Shown here piece after piece: positions 48,992-62,500 of a stretch of 64,000 nucleotides of DNA. Positions within the stretch are counted from its first letter, which is position 1; every line of letters starts with the position of its first letter. The notes under the pieces were generated by a model. The model searched no databases and was not told the DNA's origin. It was given only the letters and a program-made list of their open reading frames with translations. Both the position numbers and the translations under genes were made by a program. Origin of the DNA: Nemertoderma westbladi (taxonomy: Eukaryota > Animalia > Xenacoelomorpha); contig JAUCBJ010000593.1 of the NCBI GenBank assembly GCA_032718475.1, positions 12,640-76,639 on the forward strand, read 5' to 3'.

Positions 48992-51900
48992 TTATGTGGG
49001 TAGTCAGGGAAACACACCTCCGTTATATGGTTGGTCAGGGATACACACCTCCGTTATATGGTTGGTCAGGGATACACACCTCCGTTATATGGGTAGTCAG
49101 GGAAACACACCTCCGTTATATGGGTAGTCAGGGAAACACACATCCGTTATACGGGTAGTCAGGGAAACACACCTCCGTTATATGGCTAGTCTGTAGGGAA
49201 ACAGACCTCCGTTATATGGGTAGTCTGTAGGGAAACATACCTCCGTTATATGGGTAGTCAGGGAAACACACATCCGTTATACGGGTAGTCAGGGAAACAC
49301 ACCTCCGTTATATGGCTAGTCTGTAGGGAAACAGACCTCCGTTATATGGGTAGTCTGTAGGGAAACATACCTCCGTTATATGGGTAGTCAGGGAAACACA
49401 CCTCCGTTATATGGGTAGTCTGTAGGGAAACACACCTCCGTTATATGGGTAGTCAGGGAAACACACCTCCGTTATATGGGTAGACAGGGAAACACACCTC
49501 CGTTATATGGGTAGTCAGGGAAACACACCTCCGTTATATGGGTAGTCAGGGAAACACACATCCGTTATACGGGTAGTCAGGGAAACACACCTCCGTTATA
49601 TGGCTAGTCTGTAGGGAAACAGACCTCCGTTATATGGGTAGTCTGTAGGGAAACAGACCTCCGTTATATGGGTAGTCTGTAGGGAAACACACCTCCGTTA
49701 TATGGGTAGTCTGTAGGGAAACATACCTCCGTTATATGGGTAGTCAGGGAAACACACCTCCGTTATATGGGTAGTCAAGGAAACACACCTCCGTTATATG
49801 GGTAGTCTGTAGGGAAACAGACCTCCGTTATATGGGTAGTCAGGGAAACACACCTCCGTTATATGGGTAGTCAGGGAAACACACCTCCGTTATATGGGTA
49901 GTCAGGGAAACACACCTCCGTTATATGGGTAGTCATCTGTTGGGAAACACACCTCCGTTATATGGGTAGTCTGTAGGGAAACACACCTCCGTTATATGGG
50001 TAGTCTGGAGGGAAACACACCTTCGTTATATGGGTAGTCAGGGAAACACACCTCCGTTATATGGGTAGTCAGGGAAACACACCTCCGTTATATGGGTAGT
50101 CAGGGAAACACACCTCCGATATATGGGTTGTCTGTTGGGAAACACACCTCCGTTATATGGGTAGTCTGTAGGGAAACACACCTCCGTTATATGGGTTGTC
50201 TGTAGGGAAACGCACCTCCGTTATATGGGTAGTCTGTAGGGAAACACACCTTCGTTATATGGGTAGTCAGGGAAACACACCTTCGTTATATGGGTAGTCA
50301 GGGAAACACACCTCCGTTATATGGGTAGTCTGGAGGGAAACACACCTTCGTTATATGGGTAGTCAGGGAAACACACCTCCGTTATATGGGTAGTCAGGGA
50401 AACACACCTCCGTTATATGGGTAGTCAGGGAAACACACCTCCGTTATATGGGTTGTCTGTTGGGAAACACACCTCCGTTATATGGGTAGTCTGTAGGGAA
50501 ACACACCTCCGTTATATGGGTTGTCTGTAGGGAAACACACCTCCGTTATATGGGTAGTCTGTAGGGAAACACACCTCCGTTATATGGGTAGTCTGTAGGG
50601 AAACACACCTCCGTTATATGGGTAGCCTGTAGGGAAACACACCTTCGTTATATGGGTAGTCAGGCAGTCAGGGAAACACTCCTCCGTTATATGGGTAGTC
50701 AGGGAAACACACCTCCGTTATATGGGTAGTCAGGGAAACACACCTCCGTTATATGGATAGTCAGGGAAAAACACCACCGTTATATGGGTAGTCAGGGAAA
50801 CACCTCCGTTATATGGGTAGTCAGGCAGTCAGGGAAACACACCCTCTTTATATGGGAGTCAGGGAAACACACCTCCGTTATATGAGTAGTCTGTAGGGAA
50901 ACAGACCTCCGTTATATGGGTAGTCAGGGAAACACACCACCGTTATATGGGTAGTCAGGGAAACACACCTCCGTTATATGGGAAGTCTGTAAGGAAACAC
51001 ACCTCCGTTATATGGGTAGTCTGTAGGGAAACACACCTCCGTTATATGTGTTGTCTGTAGGGAAACACATCTCCTTTATATGGGTAGTCTGTAGGGAAAC
51101 ATACCTCCGTTATATGGGTTGTCTGTAGGGAAACACACCTCCGTTGTATGGGTAGTCTGTAGGGAAACACATCTCCTTTATATGGGTAGTCTGTAGGGAA
51201 ACATACCTCCGTTATATGGGTTGTCTGTAGGGAAACACACCTCCGTTGTATGGGTAGTCTGTAGGGAAACACATCTCCTTTATATGGGTAGTCTGTAGGG
51301 AAACATACCTCCGTTTGGTTGTCTGTAGGGAAACACACCTCCGTTATATGGGTTGTCTGTAGGGAAACACATCTCCTTTATATGGGTGGTCTGTAGGGAA
51401 ACGCACCTCCGTTATATGGGTTGTCTGTAGGGAAACGCACCTCCGTTATATGGGTAGTCTGTAGGAAAACATACCTCCGTTATATGGGTAGTCTGTAGGG
51501 AAGCATACCTCCGTTATATGGGTTGTCTGTAGGGAAACACACCTCCATTATATGGGTAATCTGTAGGGAAACACACCTCCGTTATATGGGTAGTCTGTAG
51601 GGAAACACATCTCCTTTATATGGGTTGTCTGTAGGGAAACACACCTCCGTTATATGGGTAGTCTGTAGGGAAACACACCTCCGTTATATGGGTTGTCTGT
51701 AGGAAAACATACCTCCGTTATATGGGTAGTCTGTAGGGAAACACACCTCCGTTATATGGGTTGTCTGTAGGGGAAACACACCTCCGTTATATGGATAGTC
51801 TGCAGGAAAACATACCTCCGTTATATGGGTAGTCTGTAGGGAAGCATACCTCCGTTATATGGATAGTCTGTAGGGAAACACACCTCCGTTATATGGGTAG

Positions 51901-52540
51901 TCTGTAGGGAAACATACCTCCGTTATATGGGTAGTCTGTAGGGAAACACACCTCCGTTATATGGGTAGTCTGTAGGAAAACATACCTCCGTTATATGGGT
52001 AGTCTGTAGGGAAACACACCTCCGTTATATGGGTTGTCTGTAGGGAAACACACCTCCGTTATATGGGTTGTCTGTAGGGAAACACACCTCCGTTATATGG
52101 GTAGTCTGTAGGGAAACACACCTCCGTTATATGGGTAGTCCGTAGGGAAACACACCTCCGTTATTTGGGTTGTCTGTAGGGAAACGCACCTCCGTTATAT
52201 GGGTAGTCTGTAGGAAAACATACCTCCGTTATATGGGTAGTCTGTAGGGAAGCATACCTCCGTTATATGGGTAGTCTGTAGGGAAACGCACCTCCGTTAT
52301 ATGGGTTGTCTGTAGGGAAACACACCTCCGTTATATGGGTAGTCTGTAGGGAAACATACCTCCGTTATATGGGTAGTCTGTAGGGAAGCATACCTCCGTT
52401 ATATGGGTAGTCTGTAGGGAAACGCACCTCCGTTATATGGGTTGTCTGTAGGGAAACACACCTCCGTTATATGGGTAGTCTGTAGGGAAACATACCTCCG
52501 TTATATGGGTTGTCTGTAGGGAAACACACCTCCGTTATAC
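48992..52540. repeat. 31/34-bp minisatellite (TTATATGGGTAGTC[TGT]AGGGAAACACACCTCCG), ~105 copies
   Basis: Directly visible; two length variants. Confidence 0.97.
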
Positions 52541-53387
52541 GGGCCACCTGTGGGAACCATAATGCTAGCCCTACTGAAATAGGTCCTGTAGGCCGTGCAG
52601 AGTACTGACAAGGCGCATATTTATCTAATTATCTCTATATTTAGTTAATAAAGTTAAGTAAATAAATCGTTAGTTAATTAAATATTAAAAATTATTAAGA
52701 AAAAAAAGCGGAATAAATACAACAAAAATACTTGGTGATAGACAGTAATGAACAGAAAACCCAAAATAGTTAACCAGTAAATTATCTAAAATAATTAATA
52801 ATAATAAGTGAATTGTTGTGGGGTGAGTGACGCGGTGAATTAAATATAGAATGTAAATAGGACAATATGATAACGCTCTCCAATATAGTCCAAAATAATT
52901 ACTTACCAGATCATATAAAATATCAACAATTAATTCTTATTTCAGGTCAATCAGATGATTGAATCAGTCTGTAAAAATAAAATAGAAAAAATATATAATA
53001 AAATTAATCAAATAAAAACATAAAATAGCCTCGCGCAGATGCAAAACCTTGCAAAATTCAAACGCTCATCAAGCTATTCTTTAACAAAAAGTCATATTCT
53101 GTTATTTGGAAGTCGTGCATGTATGTGGCGTGGCCAGCTTTCAATCAGTATAAAAAATCACTATTAGTTTGAAGAATAACTTCGATGTAACAGCCAGCCA
53201 GCTATATTACATATATTATATTATGATTAATTAAAATTTTTATTATTATTATTATTATTATTAATTGATTAAAATTATTATGACTAACTGTATTTACTTT
53301 TTAATATAATATGATTAGGTTTTATTTACTAATGTATTTTTAGTGTATCTTCTCGTCCTACTGTAAGTAATTTTTCATTCTTCCCAG

Positions 53388-53538
53388 ATTAAGTTGGTGA
53401 TTTCCTTCGGTGGAGTTTCGCAGATTAACAGTTTCGTTAGCGGCAGCGACGCTTCGGATATGGAATGGCATTCTGTGAAAATCGAGAGAAGGGGCAAGAT
53501 TGTTTATCTTTATTTCGATAATGCCAAGGTGCAAGAAG
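53388..53538 (+). CDS. Next exon of the laminin-G domain protein (central part of LamG)
   Basis: TTTTTCATTCTTCCCAG| acceptor and GAAG|GTTAGT donor. Phase-0 start matches the end of exon 29939-30141. Encodes IKLVISFGGVSQINSFVSGSDASDMEWHSVKIERRGKIVYLYFDNAKVQE, matching the LamG D.xWH.V.I.R...L.xD motif. Not in the supplied ORF track. Confidence 0.88.
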
Positions 53539-56500
53539 GTTAGTAGTTGATAATGCCAAGGTGCAAGAAGGTTAGTAGTTGATAATGCCAAGGTGCAAGA
53601 AGGTTAGTAGTTGATAATGCCAAGGTGCAAGAAGGTTAGTAGTTGATAATGCCAAGGTGCAAGAAGGTTAGTAGTTGATAATGCCAAGGTGCAAGAAGGT
53701 TAGTAGTTGATAATGCCAAGGTGCAAGAAGGTTAGTAGTTGATAATGCCAAGGTGCAAGAAGGTTAGTAGTTGATAATGCCAAGGTGCAAGAAGGTTAGT
53801 AGTTGATAATGCCAAGGTGCAAGAAGGTTAGTAGTTGATAATGCCAAGGTGCAAGAAGGTTAGTAGTTGATAATGCCAAGGTGCAAGAAGGTTAGTAGTT
53901 GATAATGCCAAGGTGCAAGAAGGTTAGTAGTTGATAATGCCAAGGTGCAAGAAGGTTAGTAGTTGATAATGCCAAGGTGCAAGAAGGTTAGTAGTTGATA
54001 ATGCCAAGGTGCAAGAAGGTTAGTAGTTGATAATGCCAAGGTGCAAGAAGGTTAGTAGTTGATAATGCCAAGGTGCAAGAAGGTTAGTAGTTGATAATGC
54101 CAAGGTGCAAGAAGGTTAGTAGTTGATAATGCCAAGGTGCAAGAAGGTTAGTAGTTGATAATGCCAAGGTGCAAGAAGGTTAGTAGTTGATAATGCCAAG
54201 GTGCAAGAAGGTTAGTAGTTGATAATGCCAAGGTGCAAGAAGGTTAGTAGTTGATAATGCCAAGGTGCAAGAAGGTTAGTAGTTGATAATGCCAAGGTGC
54301 AAGAAGGTTAGTAGTTGATAATGCCAAGGTGCAAGAAGGTTAGTAGTTGATAATGCCAAGGTGCAAGAAGGTTAGTAGTTGATAATGCCAAGGTGCAAGA
54401 AGGTTAGTAGTTGATAATGCCAAGGTGCAAGAAGGTTAGTAGTTGATAATGCCAAGGTGCAAGAAGGTTAGTAGTTGATAATGCCAAGGTGCAAGAAGGT
54501 TAGTAGTTGATAATGCCAAGGTGCAAGAAGGTTAGTAGTTGATAATGCCAAGGTGCAAGAAGGTTAGTAGTTGATAATGCCAAGGTGCAAGAAGGTTAGT
54601 AGTTGATAATGCCAAGGTGCAAGAAGGTTAGTAGTTGATAATGCCAAGGTGCAAGAAGGTTAGTAGTTGATAATGCCAAGGTGCAAGAAGGTTAGTAGTT
54701 GATAATGCCAAGGTGCAAGAAGGTTAGTAGTTGATAATGCCAAGGTGCAAGAAGGTTAGTAGTTGATAATGCCAAGGTGCAAGAAGGTTAGTAGTTGATA
54801 ATGCCAAGGTGCAAGAAGGTTAGTAGTTGATAATGCCAAGGTGCAAGAAGGTTAGTAGTTGATAATGCCAAGGTGCAAGAAGGTTAGTAGTTGATAATGC
54901 CAAGGTGCAAGAAGGTTAGTAGTTGATAATGCCAAGGTGCAAGAAGGTTAGTAGTTGATAATGCCAAGGTGCAAGAAGGTTAGTAGTTGATAATGCCAAG
55001 GTGCAAGAAGGTTAGTAGTTGATAATGCCAAGGTGCAAGAAGGTTAGTAGTTGATAATGCCAAGGTGCAAGAAGGTTAGTAGTTGATAATGCCAAGGTGC
55101 AAGAAGGTTAGTAGTTGATAATGCCAAGGTGCAAGAAGGTTAGTAGTTGATAATGCCAAGGTGCAAGAAGGTTAGTAGTTGATAATGCCAAGGTGCAAGA
55201 AGGTTAGTAGTTGATAATGCCAAGGTGCAAGAAGGTTAGTAGTTGATAATGCCAAGGTGCAAGAAGGTTAGTAGTTGATAATGCCAAGGTGCAAGAAGGT
55301 TAGTAGTTGATAATGCCAAGGTGCAAGAAGGTTAGTAGTTGATAATGCCAAGGTGCAAGAAGGTTAGTAGTTGATAATGCCAAGGTGCAAGAAGGTTAGT
55401 AGTTGATAATGCCAAGGTGCAAGAAGGTTAGTAGTTGATAATGCCAAGGTGCAAGAAGGTTAGTAGTTGATAATGCCAAGGTGCAAGAAGGTTAGTAGTT
55501 GATAATGCCAAGGTGCAAGAAGGTTAGTAGTTGATAATGCCAAGGTGCAAGAAGGTTAGTAGTTGATAATGCCAAGGTGCAAGAAGGTTAGTAGTTGATA
55601 ATGCCAAGGTGCAAGAAGGTTAGTAGTTGATAATGCCAAGGTGCAAGAAGGTTAGTAGTTGATAATGCCAAGGTGCAAGAAGGTTAGTAGTTGATAATGC
55701 CAAGGTGCAAGAAGGTTAGTAGTTGATAATGCCAAGGTGCAAGAAGGTTAGTAGTTGATAATGCCAAGGTGCAAGAAGGTTAGTAGTTGATAATGCCAAG
55801 GTGCAAGAAGGTTAGTAGTTGATAATGCCAAGGTGCAAGAAGGTTAGTAGTTGATAATGCCAAGGTGCAAGAAGGTTAGTAGTTGATAATGCCAAGGTGC
55901 AAGAAGGTTAGTAGTTGATAATGCCAAGGTGCAAGAAGGTTAGTAGTTGATAATGCCAAGGTGCAAGAAGGTTAGTAGTTGATAATGCCAAGGTGCAAGA
56001 AGGTTAGTAGTTGATAATGCCAAGGTGCAAGAAGGTTAGTAGTTGATAATGCCAAGGTGCAAGAAGGTTAGTAGTTGATAATGCCAAGGTGCAAGAAGGT
56101 TAGTAGTTGATAATGCCAAGGTGCAAGAAGGTTAGTAGTTGATAATGCCAAGGTGCAAGAAGGTTAGTAGTTGATAATGCCAAGGTGCAAGAAGGTTAGT
56201 AGTTGATAATGCCAAGGTGCAAGAAGGTTAGTAGTTGATAATGCCAAGGTGCAAGAAGGTTAGTAGTTGATAATGCCAAGGTGCAAGAAGGTTAGTAGTT
56301 GATAATGCCAAGGTGCAAGAAGGTTAGTAGTTGATAATGCCAAGGTGCAAGAAGGTTAGTAGTTGATAATGCCAAGGTGCAAGAAGGTTAGTAGTTGATA
56401 ATGCCAAGGTGCAAGAAGGTTAGTAGTTGATAATGCCAAGGTGCAAGAAGGTTAGTAGTTGATAATGCCAAGGTGCAAGAAGGTTAGTAGTTGATAATGC

Positions 56501-59500
56501 CAAGGTGCAAGAAGGTTAGTAGTTGATAATGCCAAGGTGCAAGAAGGTTAGTAGTTGATAATGCCAAGGTGCAAGAAGGTTAGTAGTTGATAATGCCAAG
56601 GTGCAAGAAGGTTAGTAGTTGATAATGCCAAGGTGCAAGAAGGTTAGTAGTTGATAATGCCAAGGTGCAAGAAGGTTAGTAGTTGATAATGCCAAGGTGC
56701 AAGAAGGTTAGTAGTTGATAATGCCAAGGTGCAAGAAGGTTAGTAGTTGATAATGCCAAGGTGCAAGAAGGTTAGTAGTTGATAATGCCAAGGTGCAAGA
56801 AGGTTAGTAGTTGATAATGCCAAGGTGCAAGAAGGTTAGTAGTTGATAATGCCAAGGTGCAAGAAGGTTAGTAGTTGATAATGCCAAGGTGCAAGAAGGT
56901 TAGTAGTTGATAATGCCAAGGTGCAAGAAGGTTAGTAGTTGATAATGCCAAGGTGCAAGAAGGTTAGTAGTTGATAATGCCAAGGTGCAAGAAGGTTAGT
57001 AGTTGATAATGCCAAGGTGCAAGAAGGTTAGTAGTTGATAATGCCAAGGTGCAAGAAGGTTAGTAGTTGATAATGCCAAGGTGCAAGAAGGTTAGTAGTT
57101 GATAATGCCAAGGTGCAAGAAGGTTAGTAGTTGATAATGCCAAGGTGCAAGAAGGTTAGTAGTTGATAATGCCAAGGTGCAAGAAGGTTAGTAGTTGATA
57201 ATGCCAAGGTGCAAGAAGGTTAGTAGTTGATAATGCCAAGGTGCAAGAAGGTTAGTAGTTGATAATGCCAAGGTGCAAGAAGGTTAGTAGTTGATAATGC
57301 CAAGGTGCAAGAAGGTTAGTAGTTGATAATGCCAAGGTGCAAGAAGGTTAGTAGTTGATAATGCCAAGGTGCAAGAAGGTTAGTAGTTGATAATGCCAAG
57401 GTGCAAGAAGGTTAGTAGTTGATAATGCCAAGGTGCAAGAAGGTTAGTAGTTGATAATGCCAAGGTGCAAGAAGGTTAGTAGTTGATAATGCCAAGGTGC
57501 AAGAAGGTTAGTAGTTGATAATGCCAAGGTGCAAGAAGGTTAGTAGTTGATAATGCCAAGGTGCAAGAAGGTTAGTAGTTGATAATGCCAAGGTGCAAGA
57601 AGGTTAGTAGTTGATAATGCCAAGGTGCAAGAAGGTTAGTAGTTGATAATGCCAAGGTGCAAGAAGGTTAGTAGTTGATAATGCCAAGGTGCAAGAAGGT
57701 TAGTAGTTGATAATGCCAAGGTGCAAGAAGGTTAGTAGTTGATAATGCCAAGGTGCAAGAAGGTTAGTAGTTGATAATGCCAAGGTGCAAGAAGGTTAGT
57801 AGTTGATAATGCCAAGGTGCAAGAAGGTTAGTAGTTGATAATGCCAAGGTGCAAGAAGGTTAGTAGTTGATAATGCCAAGGTGCAAGAAGGTTAGTAGTT
57901 GATAATGCCAAGGTGCAAGAAGGTTAGTAGTTGATAATGCCAAGGTGCAAGAAGGTTAGTAGTTGATAATGCCAAGGTGCAAGAAGGTTAGTAGTTGATA
58001 ATGCCAAGGTGCAAGAAGGTTAGTAGTTGATAATGCCAAGGTGCAAGAAGGTTAGTAGTTGATAATGCCAAGGTGCAAGAAGGTTAGTAGTTGATAATGC
58101 CAAGGTGCAAGAAGGTTAGTAGTTGATAATGCCAAGGTGCAAGAAGGTTAGTAGTTGATAATGCCAAGGTGCAAGAAGGTTAGTAGTTGATAATGCCAAG
58201 GTGCAAGAAGGTTAGTAGTTGATAATGCCAAGGTGCAAGAAGGTTAGTAGTTGATAATGCCAAGGTGCAAGAAGGTTAGTAGTTGATAATGCCAAGGTGC
58301 AAGAAGGTTAGTAGTTGATAATGCCAAGGTGCAAGAAGGTTAGTAGTTGATAATGCCAAGGTGCAAGAAGGTTAGTAGTTGATAATGCCAAGGTGCAAGA
58401 AGGTTAGTAGTTGATAATGCCAAGGTGCAAGAAGGTTAGTAGTTGATAATGCCAAGGTGCAAGAAGGTTAGTAGTTGATAATGCCAAGGTGCAAGAAGGT
58501 TAGTAGTTGATAATGCCAAGGTGCAAGAAGGTTAGTAGTTGATAATGCCAAGGTGCAAGAAGGTTAGTAGTTGATAATGCCAAGGTGCAAGAAGGTTAGT
58601 AGTTGATAATGCCAAGGTGCAAGAAGGTTAGTAGTTGATAATGCCAAGGTGCAAGAAGGTTAGTAGTTGATAATGCCAAGGTGCAAGAAGGTTAGTAGTT
58701 GATAATGCCAAGGTGCAAGAAGGTTAGTAGTTGATAATGCCAAGGTGCAAGAAGGTTAGTAGTTGATAATGCCAAGGTGCAAGAAGGTTAGTAGTTGATA
58801 ATGCCAAGGTGCAAGAAGGTTAGTAGTTGATAATGCCAAGGTGCAAGAAGGTTAGTAGTTGATAATGCCAAGGTGCAAGAAGGTTAGTAGTTGATAATGC
58901 CAAGGTGCAAGAAGGTTAGTAGTTGATAATGCCAAGGTGCAAGAAGGTTAGTAGTTGATAATGCCAAGGTGCAAGAAGGTTAGTAGTTGATAATGCCAAG
59001 GTGCAAGAAGGTTAGTAGTTGATAATGCCAAGGTGCAAGAAGGTTAGTAGTTGATAATGCCAAGGTGCAAGAAGGTTAGTAGTTGATAATGCCAAGGTGC
59101 AAGAAGGTTAGTAGTTGATAATGCCAAGGTGCAAGAAGGTTAGTAGTTGATAATGCCAAGGTGCAAGAAGGTTAGTAGTTGATAATGCCAAGGTGCAAGA
59201 AGGTTAGTAGTTGATAATGCCAAGGTGCAAGAAGGTTAGTAGTTGATAATGCCAAGGTGCAAGAAGGTTAGTAGTTGATAATGCCAAGGTGCAAGAAGGT
59301 TAGTAGTTGATAATGCCAAGGTGCAAGAAGGTTAGTAGTTGATAATGCCAAGGTGCAAGAAGGTTAGTAGTTGATAATGCCAAGGTGCAAGAAGGTTAGT
59401 AGTTGATAATGCCAAGGTGCAAGAAGGTTAGTAGTTGATAATGCCAAGGTGCAAGAAGGTTAGTAGTTGATAATGCCAAGGTGCAAGAAGGTTAGTAGTT

Positions 59501-62500
59501 GATAATGCCAAGGTGCAAGAAGGTTAGTAGTTGATAATGCCAAGGTGCAAGAAGGTTAGTAGTTGATAATGCCAAGGTGCAAGAAGGTTAGTAGTTGATA
59601 ATGCCAAGGTGCAAGAAGGTTAGTAGTTGATAATGCCAAGGTGCAAGAAGGTTAGTAGTTGATAATGCCAAGGTGCAAGAAGGTTAGTAGTTGATAATGC
59701 CAAGGTGCAAGAAGGTTAGTAGTTGATAATGCCAAGGTGCAAGAAGGTTAGTAGTTGATAATGCCAAGGTGCAAGAAGGTTAGTAGTTGATAATGCCAAG
59801 GTGCAAGAAGGTTAGTAGTTGATAATGCCAAGGTGCAAGAAGGTTAGTAGTTGATAATGCCAAGGTGCAAGAAGGTTAGTAGTTGATAATGCCAAGGTGC
59901 AAGAAGGTTAGTAGTTGATAATGCCAAGGTGCAAGAAGGTTAGTAGTTGATAATGCCAAGGTGCAAGAAGGTTAGTAGTTGATAATGCCAAGGTGCAAGA
60001 AGGTTAGTAGTTGATAATGCCAAGGTGCAAGAAGGTTAGTAGTTGATAATGCCAAGGTGCAAGAAGGTTAGTAGTTGATAATGCCAAGGTGCAAGAAGGT
60101 TAGTAGTTGATAATGCCAAGGTGCAAGAAGGTTAGTAGTTGATAATGCCAAGGTGCAAGAAGGTTAGTAGTTGATAATGCCAAGGTGCAAGAAGGTTAGT
60201 AGTTGATAATGCCAAGGTGCAAGAAGGTTAGTAGTTGATAATGCCAAGGTGCAAGAAGGTTAGTAGTTGATAATGCCAAGGTGCAAGAAGGTTAGTAGTT
60301 GATAATGCCAAGGTGCAAGAAGGTTAGTAGTTGATAATGCCAAGGTGCAAGAAGGTTAGTAGTTGATAATGCCAAGGTGCAAGAAGGTTAGTAGTTGATA
60401 ATGCCAAGGTGCAAGAAGGTTAGTAGTTGATAATGCCAAGGTGCAAGAAGGTTAGTAGTTGATAATGCCAAGGTGCAAGAAGGTTAGTAGTTGATAATGC
60501 CAAGGTGCAAGAAGGTTAGTAGTTGATAATGCCAAGGTGCAAGAAGGTTAGTAGTTGATAATGCCAAGGTGCAAGAAGGTTAGTAGTTGATAATGCCAAG
60601 GTGCAAGAAGGTTAGTAGTTGATAATGCCAAGGTGCAAGAAGGTTAGTAGTTGATAATGCCAAGGTGCAAGAAGGTTAGTAGTTGATAATGCCAAGGTGC
60701 AAGAAGGTTAGTAGTTGATAATGCCAAGGTGCAAGAAGGTTAGTAGTTGATAATGCCAAGGTGCAAGAAGGTTAGTAGTTGATAATGCCAAGGTGCAAGA
60801 AGGTTAGTAGTTGATAATGCCAAGGTGCAAGAAGGTTAGTAGTTGATAATGCCAAGGTGCAAGAAGGTTAGTAGTTGATAATGCCAAGGTGCAAGAAGGT
60901 TAGTAGTTGATAATGCCAAGGTGCAAGAAGGTTAGTAGTTGATAATGCCAAGGTGCAAGAAGGTTAGTAGTTGATAATGCCAAGGTGCAAGAAGGTTAGT
61001 AGTTGATAATGCCAAGGTGCAAGAAGGTTAGTAGTTGATAATGCCAAGGTGCAAGAAGGTTAGTAGTTGATAATGCCAAGGTGCAAGAAGGTTAGTAGTT
61101 GATAATGCCAAGGTGCAAGAAGGTTAGTAGTTGATAATGCCAAGGTGCAAGAAGGTTAGTAGTTGATAATGCCAAGGTGCAAGAAGGTTAGTAGTTGATA
61201 ATGCCAAGGTGCAAGAAGGTTAGTAGTTGATAATGCCAAGGTGCAAGAAGGTTAGTAGTTGATAATGCCAAGGTGCAAGAAGGTTAGTAGTTGATAATGC
61301 CAAGGTGCAAGAAGGTTAGTAGTTGATAATGCCAAGGTGCAAGAAGGTTAGTAGTTGATAATGCCAAGGTGCAAGAAGGTTAGTAGTTGATAATGCCAAG
61401 GTGCAAGAAGGTTAGTAGTTGATAATGCCAAGGTGCAAGAAGGTTAGTAGTTGATAATGCCAAGGTGCAAGAAGGTTAGTAGTTGATAATGCCAAGGTGC
61501 AAGAAGGTTAGTAGTTGATAATGCCAAGGTGCAAGAAGGTTAGTAGTTGATAATGCCAAGGTGCAAGAAGGTTAGTAGTTGATAATGCCAAGGTGCAAGA
61601 AGGTTAGTAGTTGATAATGCCAAGGTGCAAGAAGGTTAGTAGTTGATAATGCCAAGGTGCAAGAAGGTTAGTAGTTGATAATGCCAAGGTGCAAGAAGGT
61701 TAGTAGTTGATAATGCCAAGGTGCAAGAAGGTTAGTAGTTGATAATGCCAAGGTGCAAGAAGGTTAGTAGTTGATAATGCCAAGGTGCAAGAAGGTTAGT
61801 AGTTGATAATGCCAAGGTGCAAGAAGGTTAGTAGTTGATAATGCCAAGGTGCAAGAAGGTTAGTAGTTGATAATGCCAAGGTGCAAGAAGGTTAGTAGTT
61901 GATAATGCCAAGGTGCAAGAAGGTTAGTAGTTGATAATGCCAAGGTGCAAGAAGGTTAGTAGTTGATAATGCCAAGGTGCAAGAAGGTTAGTAGTTGATA
62001 ATGCCAAGGTGCAAGAAGGTTAGTAGTTGATAATGCCAAGGTGCAAGAAGGTTAGTAGTTGATAATGCCAAGGTGCAAGAAGGTTAGTAGTTGATAATGC
62101 CAAGGTGCAAGAAGGTTAGTAGTTGATAATGCCAAGGTGCAAGAAGGTTAGTAGTTGATAATGCCAAGGTGCAAGAAGGTTAGTAGTTGATAATGCCAAG
62201 GTGCAAGAAGGTTAGTAGTTGATAATGCCAAGGTGCAAGAAGGTTAGTAGTTGATAATGCCAAGGTGCAAGAAGGTTAGTAGTTGATAATGCCAAGGTGC
62301 AAGAAGGTTAGTAGTTGATAATGCCAAGGTGCAAGAAGGTTAGTAGTTGATAATGCCAAGGTGCAAGAAGGTTAGTAGTTGATAATGCCAAGGTGCAAGA
62401 AGGTTAGTAGTTGATAATGCCAAGGTGCAAGAAGGTTAGTAGTTGATAATGCCAAGGTGCAAGAAGGTTAGTAGTTGATAATGCCAAGGTGCAAGAAGGT

